A stretch of DNA of 64,000 nt from Paragordius varius (GCA_964247055.1 OZ176053.1:4526001-4590000); one strand, 5' to 3'; positions 26,134-40,305 are shown, counted from the first letter of the stretch. A program made the numbers and translations. The notes: a model not told the origin generated them from the sequence alone.

Positions 26134-29100
26134 TTAACACTTCGATTCAAAATGGGGGTATCCAAATACCACAGACTTTATGCAATTACCGAAATGAATG
26201 TTTATGCTCCTATCCTAAAATTATATCGATAAAGCCTAATATCAGGGGAAGTTTAACTTGAGATTTGAGGCGGATGCTACACTTGCTTAAGTTATTTTCT
26301 AGACAAAGTTTCATATCAAACTACTACGCCATTTTTATTTTACATCATTGTTGCAAAATATCGTGTTTGATTTATTAAGCTTGGATCAAAGCGAGTTTTT
26401 TATAAATCGCATATATCAGATAGAAACAGAAGTGGCTTATTTTATATTATTTTTTAATTTATTAAGTGCACACATATGTCATTGTAGAGTAAAATTTTTA
26501 CCTTTGGGTATTACCTAAAAACAGTAATATAAAGTATTTTTGAATGATATATTTATGTTTTGGCTAATGTTGAATAAGTAAATACTTTTACCATGGTTTT
26601 GATTCCTTCATATTTATTAAATTTTACATTAAAAAATTTGAGGTACCAAACGACACCATGAATCGGAATACTCAAATGCATGTGTTGTATTTTCGATGCA
26701 AATTATTTATATTTCGCCATTAACACTTGGATAGAACACACTCATTTTAGTCCTTCAAATCAAATTGGGATAGTGAAATACCCCAGGCCTGTTTATAATT
26801 AAATTGTTTAAAAAATATGGAAGGAATCGAAACCATGGCAAAATTTTGCACTTATATAATAATAACACTAGACAACAATTTTTAACTTTTTTTAACTGCC
26901 ATTCTTGTAAATTTAAAATTAATTTCATTAAAGTGCATATTTAGTATATATGAAAAGAAAATTGGTCTAGCATGGAAGAATTTTTTTATAATAGAGTTTA
27001 TCGATAATTTTTGGCCCCGATTTAACATTAAACTCGAAATTTCGAAAATTAAAAGTTTTAGATATGAAGCCATGTATTTTATATCATTCGAAAGAGCTCA
27101 AAAAACTGCATCTTTTAAATGGTAGTAAGTCATTTAAGTCAATCGGATGTAAAAGTTATTTGAATTTAAATGGTCAAAATTTTCAATCCTTAAATAAGTC
27201 AAGAATTTTCAGAGACAAACTAATTTGAATATCATATAATTTATTTTAATATAATTATTAGGGTTATATTTTAATTTAAAATATGTTTGAAAAAGCTTTT
27301 GGTTTGCTTTTTTAATAAAACTTATTATTATCATAAATATTTTGCCTAGTGGATACTAAAATACATAGTTATAACTGTAAATTTATTACATAATGGCTAT
27401 AAAAGATCAAAAATACCTTAACTTGTTGTTATCTTTAAAATTTCGAAATTATCAGCCTCGCAAAGAAAATAAATTAATATTGATGAGATGGTAATTTTTA
27501 AAAAAAACAAAAAACTTAAAAATGGCTGTTTTGAGTGACATAAAAGCAATAAAAAATGTTTTAATTAAAATTCTTGTGTTATCTTTTTTGGACATTCATC
27601 ACCATCTAAACAAAGTTTGAGTTATTTTCATCCTTTAGTTTCAAAAATATAATAATTAAAAAAAGTGCTCTCGCTTCGCGCGTTTGTCGCTCTTTGTGTC
27701 CAATATTAACTGTCGATGTAATACATATTAGTATGCATTTTAAAGAGTTTTTATTACTCTTTCGAATGATAATAATACAAAAGGGCATTACTTGTATATT
27801 TTGAAAAAACATTTTTTAGTAAAATTTAGATAAAGAGGGCGCATAATCAAAAAAATCAAATTATACAAAAATCTTCCCACGGGTTATTTTTATTTCGGAT
27901 TTACTGTTAGAATGATATTAAATATCAGAAAATGCAAAAAACTCGAGTGGCAGAAAAATTTGTTGTCCAGTGTAAACCTAAATATATGAAAAAATTTAAT
28001 CAAATATACTAGATATTAATTATTTTAAACTGAAATCAAAGGAAAATTTAGTCAACATGGCATGTGTGCAATGGTAAAATTGAAAAATAATACAAAATAA
28101 ACCCCTTTTTCTATTTCTATCAAGGTTAGATGTAATTTAAAAAAAAATTAGCTTTGGTTTTACCCCTGAAATCAAATATAGACGATATTTCCCAAAACTT
28201 TTGTAAAATAAAAATGGCGTCGAAGTAGACATGGAACTTTTTTTTCAAAACAAAATTTTATATAGATATTTTGACATATTTATATATTTTTTATTAGGAT
28301 AGAAGCATGGGACTGTCTCCTTCAGTAGTTTTTTGAAAATCCTTACTCAAATTTAGTCTGGGGTATTTAGATAGCCCAATTTGTCGAAGTGTTAAATGAT
28401 TTTAATATCAACTCTCTATAGATATGGCTTAAAAGCTATCTGAATTTGGGACTCTAAAAGTTCAAATGTAATAACATAATTTTATTTAATACAGGAAATA
28501 TAAAATCAAAAATTTTTGCTTCCTTTTTTCCTAGGACTTATCGTAAACAGGCAAACAAATCTACATTGTAGATTAAATGTAGAATCTTTTAAAATAAAAT
28601 TATCCATCAATTTATTGATCTTATTTTGAAATCAGATGTTTGTCTCAAAAGGCTTTGGACCTATCGCATTTTAAGAATCTTGGAGTTAGAAAACTGTAAA
28701 AGTCTACTTATGTAATAGGCAAAGATATTTGTTTAACAAGGCAACTTTAGAAGAGGATTTTTACAAGTATAGATGTGGAAGTACGAAACTTCCCCAAAAT
28801 GTGATTATCTACATAAATAACGAAAAGGTATTGAAGATAAAATTTAAATGCGAATAGAATAATTTTTCCTCATATAAATTATAATAAAACGCTAAACATT
28901 TTTTAACACATAATTCCAACACATTTATTTCAGTCCTTCTATTCGAATTAGGATAGTTAGATATCCCAGGCTTGTTTAATTAAATATTTTATCAAATATG
29001 GAATAAATTAAAACCATGGCAGAGGTTTGTACTTATACAACATTAATGAACCAAAATTCAATAAAAAAATCAATCAAAAATAATTGATATCACTGAGATA

Positions 29101-29439
29101 GAACCCAAAGGTAGAAATTTAGCCAGCATTACATGTGTGCATAAGCTAAATATAAAATAAAGCAAAAATACCGTTTTTTCTTTTACTAATGTTTAATTTG
29201 TTTTACAAAATAGAATCCTGTAAACACGATATTTTGCAAAAATATATTATACTAAAAATGATGCCCAAATAGTTTGTTTTTCCAAAACTAAATTTAATTT
29301 AGATATTTTGGCTTATTTATATACTTTTTATAAGATAGAATAATATACATCTAAACCCTTTCTTTCATTAGTTTTATAAAGATATCAATTTAGATAATAT
29401 CTGGGGTATTTAATACCACAATTCGCATCGAAGTGTTAT
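26134..29439. mobile_element. Cluster of piggyBac-like (TTAA-flanked) non-autonomous elements, partly nested
   Basis: Ends TTAA|CAC(TT)...AAGTG|TTAA with subterminal degenerate GGGGTATTTAAATACCCC palindromes. Copies at 26134-~26500 (decayed), 26720-28395 (with ~1.1-kb nested insert) and 28903-29439. Confidence 0.6.
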
Positions 29440-29495
29440 TTTCTGGCAAAAGCATAACAAGCACCTCGTATCCTTTTTCTGTTTGTCGACAAAAA

Positions 29496-30061
29496 ATGGC
29501 CCTACCATACAAGGGTCCTGGTCGTATGGTATGGAAGGAAGGAGAACAGTACGACATAACAGTGGAAGAAAAACGTCGGATAATCGAAAGAGGAAAAATT
29601 TGGGACAAAAATCGTTTGACTCACGACGTCAGAAGTCAATATCCATATCTTAATAATATCAATTTAAGAGATTCGGTACGTTGTATGATATTTTTTTGGG
29701 GAAGTGATTCTCGTTATAAGTATCATTTTTATAACGACACTTCTTTCCCGATATTAACAATTTTTTGATGAGAGGAGTTACTTAAGAAATGTATACCTAA
29801 CAGATACAAAATTTACATATTTTAGTGGGATCCAGCCATAGAAAGAACTAATGCCATTTTAAAAGCAAGAGGAAGATATTTTAAGCCCAATCTTAAAACC
29901 TTTATGTATGCCGGACCCATAATTATTGGATTATATTCGCTTATATACATTTGTACTATACCTAGAGTATTATTTATACTTAATTATAGCAAAAATTTTT
30001 GACAAAATGTGAAAAAGGTGAAATCCCTTATAATCAACGGTCATTTTGGTTTCCAGATTAA
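29496..30061 (+). CDS. NDUFB4: NADH:ubiquinone oxidoreductase subunit B4 (B15)
   Basis: Exons 29496-29675, 29826-29966, 29990-30061 (introns 150 and 23 nt). YDITVEEKRRIIER, WDPAIER, YFKPNLK, a single TM segment and GEIPYNQRSF match the NDUFB4 pattern. Confidence 0.8.
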
Positions 30062-31374
30062 TATATTATTTTATATTTATTGAGTTGTTAAAGAAAAAAA
30101 TAAACTATTATTGGTATTTATCTGGATTGATATAAAAATTTACATAATAATATGGTTGTATCAATATCATTATATACTGTTTTTTTATTAAGTTCCGACA
30201 ACCCATAACTTATCTTATCAATTATATTGACTTTTTGAATTTTCATTCTTTTGCTTCTAAGATTTTTAAGGAATTTTCTCAGTTCGCAGATAGTTTTATT
30301 GATTTTAGTTAGAAAATTTTGAGCTACGATGATTCTCTAGATAAATATTGATATATTTATAGCTAAGCCGCTTTTTTTTACGTTTTTAATAAAATTCAAA
30401 GTTTAAAAGAGGAATAGGATTTTAAATTTGAAATAACCATAATTTTTAGAAACCGTTCATTAACATTTTTATCATTTAACGCATATAATTTACGTATAGA
30501 TAAATATATACATTTCCTAATCATTTGGTTCGATGCGAGAAAGGAGAAAGCAATATAATTATAAGCAATAAGATAAATTAGTATTTTTTTGAAATATAAA
30601 TAATTTGAATATCCCTGTAAGATGAGGAATTTGCGAAAAGTTTTGAAAACTATTTGAATAAATGTGGTGTAAATAAACCTAAATTCCTATATTTTCATGG
30701 TATGTTCCAGACGTTTAATGGTTCATATTTTTATAAATAAGAATGATTATATTGTTCTATCTAACGACTTAGGCTTTTGTCATAATTATATTTTAACGTT
30801 AGCCTCATATGATTTATCGAAACCACATAGATAAGGGTTAAAAAAATATAAATTAACATATCAGCAGTACCATCAGAAATCGGCTTATAAAAACAAGGAA
30901 AATCCTTTTTATACATACCCTTTAATTTTAAAATAAAAGTTTTAAAATTTCCAAAGGCTTCTATTTTGCTGTTTACAAAATGTATAAGCAAATGACGGAA
31001 TGTAATAACTGTATGAAAAGCCGCAACATGACAAAAACAATGTCGTCTAGACCCAGTTCTCAGCCCTTCACCATTTATAATAGAGCGCATCAGCGATAAA
31101 ACCACATTATCTACCGTGAAAGCTTACTCACGCTGATTATCTGATCTGTAAATATAATTTGCAAAAATGGCCTTGAGCGCAATGACCAAAGGAAAAACAA
31201 AAATGATTACATGAAATAAATAAGGATATCATTAAACACCATTAAATCTAGTATTCGACTACTATAAATTCCTACTATTGATTTAGTGTATTTGATGTTA
31301 ATATCGGCTAAGCATGCCATAATTATGAATACCACAACGTTATTAATATGCCCTTTGTGTATCGTATCTGAACA

Positions 31375-31850
31375 ATGAGACTAACTCTTAGCTTAAGTTA
31401 TATTATAGCGATACCGAAAGTATTTCCTGAAGACATCGTTTCCTCTCAAAGAGATTCGATGCTCAAAAACATCGGATACAATTTGGCTAGGGAAGGTTTA
31501 TTTAGTTTAAGTGACGGAAAAATATATATGATCGTCATCGCACAAAATAGACGAAAACTAAGAATCATCGATCCTTAATAATAATGACAAATCAATCAAC
31601 GTCAAAGCTTTTTACGGAATATACAGAGACTAGAGAATCATTTATTAAATAAAAAATATGGGAAATATAAAGCGAAACAACAAATTAGCTTTGGACGCTA
31701 ACTAGAGACAACAACATTACTCATATCCAAGTTAAAATATTTAAGTTGGTGATTGAAATGACAAAAAAACCACAAATTTATCAATAAGAATCTTATCAAC
31801 ACAGGATGGGGAAATAGGCATCGATTTCGTTATTTTTCGCAGAAAAGAAT
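31375..31850 (+). mobile_element. Possible decayed Penelope-like reverse transcriptase fragment
   Basis: Stop- and frameshift-interrupted motifs in the expected order: IAIPKV..IVSS, SINVKAFY, YQHRMGK*ASISLFFAE. These resemble GLPKIHK/PIVS, SFDVKSLY and YxQxxGxAMGSPISP. Confidence 0.35.
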
Positions 31851-33250
31851 TATATATTATAATGGTATTATTTAATTTAGATTTCTACCCTATTTAATTT
31901 ATAACTTGCGAAATTTGAGCTGTAGCAGATATCAAATTTTCTTGAAATAATAGGCAAAACACAAAAGACCAGAAAATGATCATTATTCAATAATTCGTAA
32001 GACAAAAAAGATTTTTTAATGAGTATTACTAGATTTATCATAAATTAAAATAATAATAATTAAGGTATTAATCATGTTGGTATTAATAATATTAACGGTA
32101 ATGTAAAAGTAGGTAGGGATTCTATATTTCATAATGAATAATATATTCATTTTTTCAACATATAATGTATCATGTCTTATTCAATTATAATTTAATTTTT
32201 TCGGACCTGGTACAATTTTCTGTTATTGGCAATGCTAAAAAATAATAATATAAACGTATTAACTAGTGATATTTATTATTATATAATGTAATCCTTCTTA
32301 TGAATTAATAATGATGGTTATTTCCAAAAAATGCCCGTACAAATATTTCATAAAAAAACTTTTTGCATTTAAATTAATTATTAAGTTGATGATCAAATTT
32401 AATGTTCTATGATTAGGTTTTATGAACTGAATTTTTTAAGTTTATCGATTCCTGAACTGTCTTCAAGAGAAATAATACTGAAAGCTATCCCAATTGTTTA
32501 GCCATATTTTGATATCCCTAACGGTTTTAAATTTACAACGATTGGTTCTTCCTTTTGGAATTAGCTTATTTGCTCGAATATTAATATTATTTTTCATATT
32601 AAATTAATATTTTGTCTTGCACATATAAATTTTATGATTTAAAAAAGGGCAATCAATCAATAAATCAATATATTTTCTTAATTGCTATGTAAATGGTTAA
32701 TAAAAAAATAAATGATAATAAAAATTAATCTTTTTATAGCATTAACCTAAATACTAAAGAGTTAGTGATAGGGCTTTCATTAGAAAATTTAGGATGGAAC
32801 GTCACATAAGCGAAAATCGCAAAATAAATACAAATGCGCTAAATAGTATATCATTATTGCCATACTTTTTAATTGTATAGTAAAACGGCTTTGATGTTTG
32901 GGCATTTGATTTAAATATTTGAACAATTAAAATATCGAAAAAACGTTTATAATATAAAAATGACATGTTAAAATAATCTATATAGATGCAATTAAGGCTA
33001 ACAAAAATACACAATAAAGTATATTCATTTTTAGATTTTTCTATTAGAAACATGCATAATTTGCTTTCCTAAGTTTTACTAATTTAACCTGTAAAATATG
33101 AGCGCCTTTTAAGTCAAACGTTCTATTATTTGAAGTTTTAATAAAAATATTAAAAATCAGTCGTTACACTCTATATTATTGATAATTTTATCGCTTTTAT
33201 ATTATTACGTTTAATTAAACTGATGTTACATTTATTCAATTTTAAAAGCC

Positions 33251-34756
33251 TTAATCTCTTTCTCTCTTTCTGAAAAATTACCATGATAAAAGTATATAAC
33301 TCAAAAATTAGAATTTAAATCACTCAGACATAAATAAATAGCATTAATATATATTTTTGACCCAGACAAAAAATGTTACTTTAAATTTTCATCATTTCCG
33401 TTTTGTTCGCAAGTCTCACCTGACTATAATGTATTAAAGGCACAAATTAACTTGCTGAATGTTACTCGAAGTTGCATGCGATTGATTTTCATCTTCAACT
33501 GTAATATCAAAATTTGGGTGACTTCTATTATATTTACTGTTTGACAAAAAATCTGTAAATAAAGGAACCACAAAACCTGCCATATTGATAGTGCCATCTC
33601 CTTCGCTAAAAAATTGTCGTTAAATATATAAGTTTAAATAAATTAATTAAAATATGAGTATGGACCGTGATAAATGAATAAAAGGTATGTGCCAAATATT
33701 AGAATTATCTGTCAGATAAATCTACACAAGTTGCGAGTCAATATATCCAAATATATACATATAAAACAATAATAATTATAGGAAAGGGTGACAGTTTGGG
33801 TTTTTGGAATCATTTTCAAAGATATTATTAAAATTTTTATAAACCACAATTTATGGGTAAGCGATGAAATACAAGCCAACATTCTTTTAACGTATTTAAA
33901 TTTTATTTGTGTTTACAATTTTTAAATAACATAAGCGAAAGTTTGATTTGAGTTAAATTAGTAAGAATTTGCAGACATGAATTTTAATACAAAAAGGGCA
34001 TAATTATAAAAGTTAGGATAATAACAAGTAAAATCCATTCTAACAAGTAATTTTTTATGTCTCAATATAAAAATTAATCATTTTTGCTCTTTTTATAAAA
34101 GTCGAAAATGATGTAATTTAAATTCAATGTACTTTATGGGCAAATAATTTTTTACCTTAATAAAAATCTGTTTAAGGAAATAATGTAAAGAACAAAAAAT
34201 ATATTTTATGTCCATATACCCCAAATTTAAATATTTTAGAATACATAATGTTGATAAAAAAACTATAATATGACACATGAAAAAGGATATGTGGCAGCTA
34301 TCTCTCATTATAAATACCTGAATGGAGTAAATTTGATAGATGGAATTTTCATAAAAGCTCGTTTTACAGCTGGAGGCATTGGAGGAGGTGTGGATTTATA
34401 TTTATTGAAACATTCACTCTGGGATATTTCGGGTAATGTTTCTTTATCCGGCTTACATATCTTTTCTTTAGGTTTTCTTAAATAATTATGTGTAATTTAC
34501 ATTTCCGATGTTTTTTCGATTTGTACTTTAAGTAAATTGTCTAATTCCCGTAATTTAATTAGCAATTTGGGATCAAAATTTTGATTGTTCCATGATTCGA
34601 TATCAGACTATATAATATTAAATAATGTGATGTTACCCATTGATTTTCAATTTTTTGTTTTAAATTATCCAAAAAATTGCTTTCCACCTTCATGATATAT
34701 CCATTATCAATAATATTGCGATAGTAATCACACATTTTATTATATTCATCGTCCAT
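33251..34756 (-). CDS. Unidentified ~200-aa protein (orphan-like)
   Basis: Exons 34756-34637, 34607-34501, 34476-34318, 33605-33452, 33423-33380 and tentative 33269-33251 join in one open frame through GT-AG introns of 29, 24, 712, 28 and 110 nt. No family recognised. 3' end uncertain. Confidence 0.65.
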
Positions 34757-34813
34757 GAAAATTTAAATTTCCCTCCGTGAATCCTAAAATAACATTTGTT
34801 TAACTTTTTACCG
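34757..34813. promoter_or_regulatory. 57-nt head-to-head spacer, orphan gene/SUCLG2
   Basis: ATG at 34756 (-) and ATG at 34814 (+). Confidence 0.55.
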
Positions 34814-35315
34814 ATGAGGCTGGCCAATGTAAAGTCGTTATTGGGGCAATCTAATCGCATCTTTGTACGATGTTTAAATTTGCAAGAATATCAGAGTAAA
34901 AATTTGATGGAAAAGTATGGTATTGCCGTTCAAAATTTTAAGATTGTTGAAAATCGGGCGCAAGCTGCGCAAGTTATTGATGAATTAGGTTTAGATTTTT
35001 TTAAATATAGATTATAAAAGTTACGTAATTAAGGCTCAAATTTTGGCAGGCGGTCGGGGGAAAGGTCACTTTGATAACGGTTTTAAGGGAGGCGTTCACA
35101 TAGTTGATGAGTATATAAACTTTTAACAGTATAGTCCACACAAAGTACCCAGTATCGTCGATAAAATGATTGATCATAAGCTTATAACCAAACAAACATC
35201 ACCGCAAGGTGTATTAGTAAAGAAGGTATGCAGTTAATTTTACTATATTGACAAACAGTTTTTTTTATAAATGTATGCTAAAATTTAATTTACTTGCTTA
35301 CTGTTAGGAAATGGC

Positions 35316-35362
<47 letters not shown>

Positions 35363-38300
35363 TAAATTTTCAAATATAATTAGATAAAAATTATTGCATA
35401 TAGTTAGGCTCTTTATCTCGAATTAAGTCCATTTAAATAAGTTTATGTTACACCATATTAGAAATAGTTTAATTTATTTTATTCGATTACACTCCCTGCT
35501 TTGTTAAACATATTTATTTTTTTACTTATATCAAATTTATTCAGGTTATGTTAGGGAGGGCTGTTAACATCAAAAGGGAAACGTATTTGGCTTTTCTCAT
35601 GGATCGAAGCTCTGATGGCCCAGTCATGATTGGGAGTCCGGCTGGAGGAATGGATATTGAAGAGGTCGCTGCAAAAACACCCCATCTTATATTTCGAGTA
35701 ATAATTTAGTTGCTTGAAATTTCTAAATTTGCCTAATTACATTTTACAATGGAAATTAAATTCAAAAGACCAATGTAAAGAATAAAAAAAATTTTCATGA
35801 AGATAGTCATCAATTTAAAAAGCTTGATTTTTTCTACTAAAATATATATTTAAGGGTATATTACCAATTAACATTTCTACTCCTTTTGCATCACAAAAGG
35901 ATGGGTCAAATTTAAAAAATATGTTTGTCTTTTAGTTTTTGCCTTTATTTTAATCTTTACTGTAGTTACAATTAGTGACGTGTAAAGCGTTTATTTTAAA
36001 TTAAATACAGAGTGGAATTCGTCAAAAAATATGATATAACGGGTTTGACAGTATATTATTGCAATTATTTACAATCAAAACCAGTCATTTGATATCATAC
36101 AAATGTATCTTGTAATTAATATCGAACAAATTGAAGATTCAATTATATTAGTTTATTTAAAACATTTTACATTTCATTTTATTACCATTATATATGCATT
36201 TATTGGGTATGTTTAATACCAGGGAATATATTTTAAACCGGTCACACCCAACTGTATTATTTAATAGCTTCAGCAAAAACTTAGGCCTTTAGAGACTTTT
36301 CTGTTTTAATATTCAAAAATACATACGGAACGATTATGACTTTCATATCTATAATTTGTATTTATGTAAGAAATTACACCTTCAAGCATTTTTAATCGGC
36401 TTTGGCAATAAAAAACGGTTTAACTCAATCGTTTCTAGTAAAGAACCAGTGTGTTTAAAAGTAATTAATCCTATTTATTTAATGTTTCCTAATTATTTAA
36501 ATCATATATATAAATTTCCAAAAAAGCACACAATAAATTTTGTTGCTCATTATTCACATTTAATCAATTATGTTTTTGGCGTTTTAAAAATTTTAAAACC
36601 AAAATTCACAACCATCAAAGCAAAAAACGAAAGAACCCTAATTATTTTAACGAATTAAATCTCATCGATCAGTGACAAACGAATAGACTTGGAACTCTAT
36701 ATCGTAAATTTGAGATTTATGGAAATAGCAGTTGAAATTTATTTTTGTTTAGCCGCCATTATAAAACACATTTTAATGGATATTTAACTTATTTCGTATG
36801 CATGTTTGATAGCAAAAAATTGATATACGTGAGGGTTTATACAAACACAATGCCCGGAACATGGCAAAACATTTGGGTTTCAATTCACCACCTCTTTTAC
36901 AACAAGCCACAGATCAAATCTTGGCTTTATATCGAATGTTTATTGATGTGGATGCTACCCAAGTTGAAATTAACCCCTTGGGAGAAACTGACGATGGAAA
37001 AGGTCAGAGAAGATTAAATTGATTAACCTTTTGTAAAATCAAACAATTTTTTATAAAAACTTGTTCACAAGTAAGTATTTAAATTGAATCATGAGTTTTT
37101 TAAACATAAAAGTTAATTTTCAATAAAAGAAGGTAAAGTTTCGAAAATTAAATTGCATAATAAGCTTTCCGAAAACTGAAACATGGTTTATCATGCTCAA
37201 TAGGACTTTTTTATCTTTTTTAAATTTATTCATATGAAATTGGCTAATATTTATAAAATTGGAACTCTATATAATATGTGATACATATTTAAAAACTATG
37301 TAAATTGTTCAATACAATGTTTTTGAATATTATTTTATTTAGTTTTTTAATTAATTTAATTTTACACCCTCAAATAATATATTTCCAAAAATTTTGCATG
37401 TTTAAAAGTTTTGCGTTGTTTTTATTTTTGTGCAAGTAAACGAGTTTTCAGAACAGAATTTAAATTTCTTATTAATTAACAAATTTTCCTGTTATTATAC
37501 TTGATTTATTCTGAATTAATTTACAGTCTTATTTAACAATTCTTTCACAGTCTCATTTAGTGAATTGCTTTTTGTATAAATTACAGTCATATGTTTCGAC
37601 GCAAAAATCAATTTTGACGATAATGCCGAATATCGGCAGAAAAAGATTTTTGCCATGGATGATTGTTCGGAAAGCGATCCCCGTGAAGTTGAAGCCAAAA
37701 AATTCCATCTTAATTACATTGGAATGCAAGGAAACATTGCTTGTTTGGGTATTTTTTATAAGAGATAACTCATTTTTGAAAATAGTTTAGTGTTTGTTCT
37801 ATTTTTCACTTTTAAATAGTTAATAGTACACTTGATTTATATCTCTATTGTATTAAATCATATATTTTTGGGATACCATATATCAAATGTTTAACTTTAA
37901 TTTTTTTAACAAGCTGCAATATGTCTTAAATTTGTACCTCTTCCCCCTCCTCCTCTAATGGTATTTTGGGTTGGGCATCGTTCTTTGATATGTTGATAAA
38001 TGTTAAATTTTGTTTCGAACTTTTATATATTTCATAATAGATATGTTTTAAATAATGTATATCTCTTGTTAAAAAACGCTATATAGTGAATGGAGCTGGA
38101 TTAGCAATGGCTACTATGGACATTATTCAACTGTATGGAGGCAAACCAGCAAACTTTTTGGACGTGGGGGGAAACGTTACAGAAGATCAAGTTTATCAAG
38201 CTTTCAAAATTATCTGCAAGGATCCACAGGTATACATGATCAAATAATTATAATTTTATTTTATCTATATGAATATAATATATAAATCGCTTTTAAAATT

Positions 38301-40182
38301 TAGATGACAATAAAATAGTTTAAAATGATGTGTCTAAAAAAATTGTTTATTAGGTTGTTTATATACAGAAAAACTTTAAATTATTAAGATAATCGAAAAT
38401 TAAAAGCAAATATTTTAGAGAAAGAAGGCCACCATAATTTTTATACCTTGATTTAATTTTACCGATTGTTTTGGGTTGTGAAATAATTAATAGAGATGAA
38501 AATTGGTAGCACACTCAATTTTAGTTCATAATTGGAATCATTTAGCTTATATAGAAAAAACCAAGGATCATAAAATATTGTTTTCTTGATAAAAAAATTA
38601 TGTCTTTTAATTTTTACGTTTTGTCCTTATAATATTATTGTGCAATGGATTTTTTAAATAATGTCCAATAATTTCACACATATTCGTAAATTAGTTATTT
38701 AACATATTTTCAAATTTTTTATGTCATTTCATCGCTATAGGTAAAAGCTATTCTAGTCAACATATTTGGTGGTATAGTCAATTGCGCTGTCATTGCAAAT
38801 GGCATAAGGAATGCGTGCCAAAGCATAAGTCTTAAGATACCTTTAATTGTGCGACTGGAAGGTAAATATTTTTACCCTATTTATAATATAAAAGGATTCA
38901 CTTTATCAACAGTGTAGCTATATAAGAATTAATTGATGTATTTATTAAATTAATTAATGGGTTTAGGCAATAACCTAATATATATATATATATATATAAT
39001 ATTTAGCTAATTGATCAAAATTTAAGAATACAAAATTAATATGGTTTTTTTAAATAAACCGTTATATTAGTAATTATATGGTAAAAAAAATATTCATACA
39101 TTTACTTTAAGTCAAAACATAGGTCCCAAAAATGTCAGTCAAAGGTTTTATTAACTAATGTATAACATTAGGGAATGTTACTAAAAGTTTTGATATTATC
39201 AAAAAGTATCAATTTAGCCTCATCTAATAAAGACACTAATTTACATTATTTAGCCTGGAAAGTATTTTGATTAAAGATTCTGACATTAAATTGGGATTTT
39301 TGTTAGAAATTATAAGTTACATATCTGAAATTTGAATTAAATGATATTTATCTTATTGTAAGGCATCAATTTAGTATATTTGCATTAGACAAAATTATGA
39401 AAAGATATTTTAACATTTGTTGTATTAATTGCTATTTGAATCTTGGCCGAACATTAATTACTAAATGGCCTCTAACGGTACGAATTAAACACTTCAATAT
39501 AAAAATGGTTGTAAATAGAATTGTGATTTTTTGCAAAATATTTTATTTTTTGAATGAGACAATTCATAATGTTTTTTAAAGATTCGTTTGAATCTATGAG
39601 TTGTTATAAATAAAACATTTTCGGTTACTTATTGGTTTCTTCATTCATACATTAATATATTGTAAAAATCATTTACGGCAGTATTGCCATCCTTTTTTGT
39701 TCACGCCCCACCAAATTGAAAAAAAAATTTTGCGCCCTCTTCTCGAAAAATCCAAGATAAAAATGTAAAATATATTATAATAATATTAAAATCCCAATCA
39801 ATAATTCTTTCCTTATATCTGCATTTTTTGGAATAATTTCCATATCGGTGACAAATTCGCACGCCTAATATCGTCCAATTTGTTTCTAGTTTTATTTTTT
39901 AATTAAATTCTCTAAATTTTCCCACCCCCCTCCCCCCTAGATTTCTATGCCCCCATTTGGGAACCACTGATTTAAGGGATCAATTTTGTTCTTTTTTGCA
40001 TATTTATTTAACTGCAAATTTATATTTGTAATATATTTATGACAAAAAAATAACTATTACATTTGTATAATTCAGGCACGAACGTAGAAGAAGGCAAAAA
40101 GATATTAGAAAAAAGTGGATTGAATATTATCACTGCCAATAATTTGGATGAAGCTGCGAAAAAAGCTGTGGCCAGCATATAA
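34814..40182 (+). CDS. SUCLG2: Succinate-CoA ligase GDP-forming beta subunit, mitochondrial
   Basis: Exons 34814-34988, 35011-35110, 35135-35225, 35545-35697, 36813-37002, 37587-37748, 38087-38229, 38741-38861, 40076-40182. LNLQEYQSK and [11 protein letters not shown] point to the GDP-forming type. Also [26 protein letters not shown] and [10 protein letters not shown]. Introns 22, 24, 319, 1115, 584, 338, 511, 1214 nt. Confidence 0.96.
35322..35359. repeat. (TA)n microsatellite
   Basis: Direct reading. Similar tracts near 1599, 38980, 40890, 47949 and 50908. Confidence 0.9.
39679..39969. mobile_element. hAT-like MITE in last SUCLG2 intron
   Basis: Ends GGGAACCACTG (reverse complement CAGTGGTTCCC). 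The internal segment matches the copy starting CAGTGGTTCC at 2795. Confidence 0.55.
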
Positions 40183-40305
40183 TATTTATTATCTAAACAT
40201 ATATATCTGGGAGGAATAAATTATTTTGCAATTCAATCATTAATAAATACAATAATTATAGAAAAAACTTAAAAGCTATTTTCCCTCTTAACATTACATT
40301 AAAAA

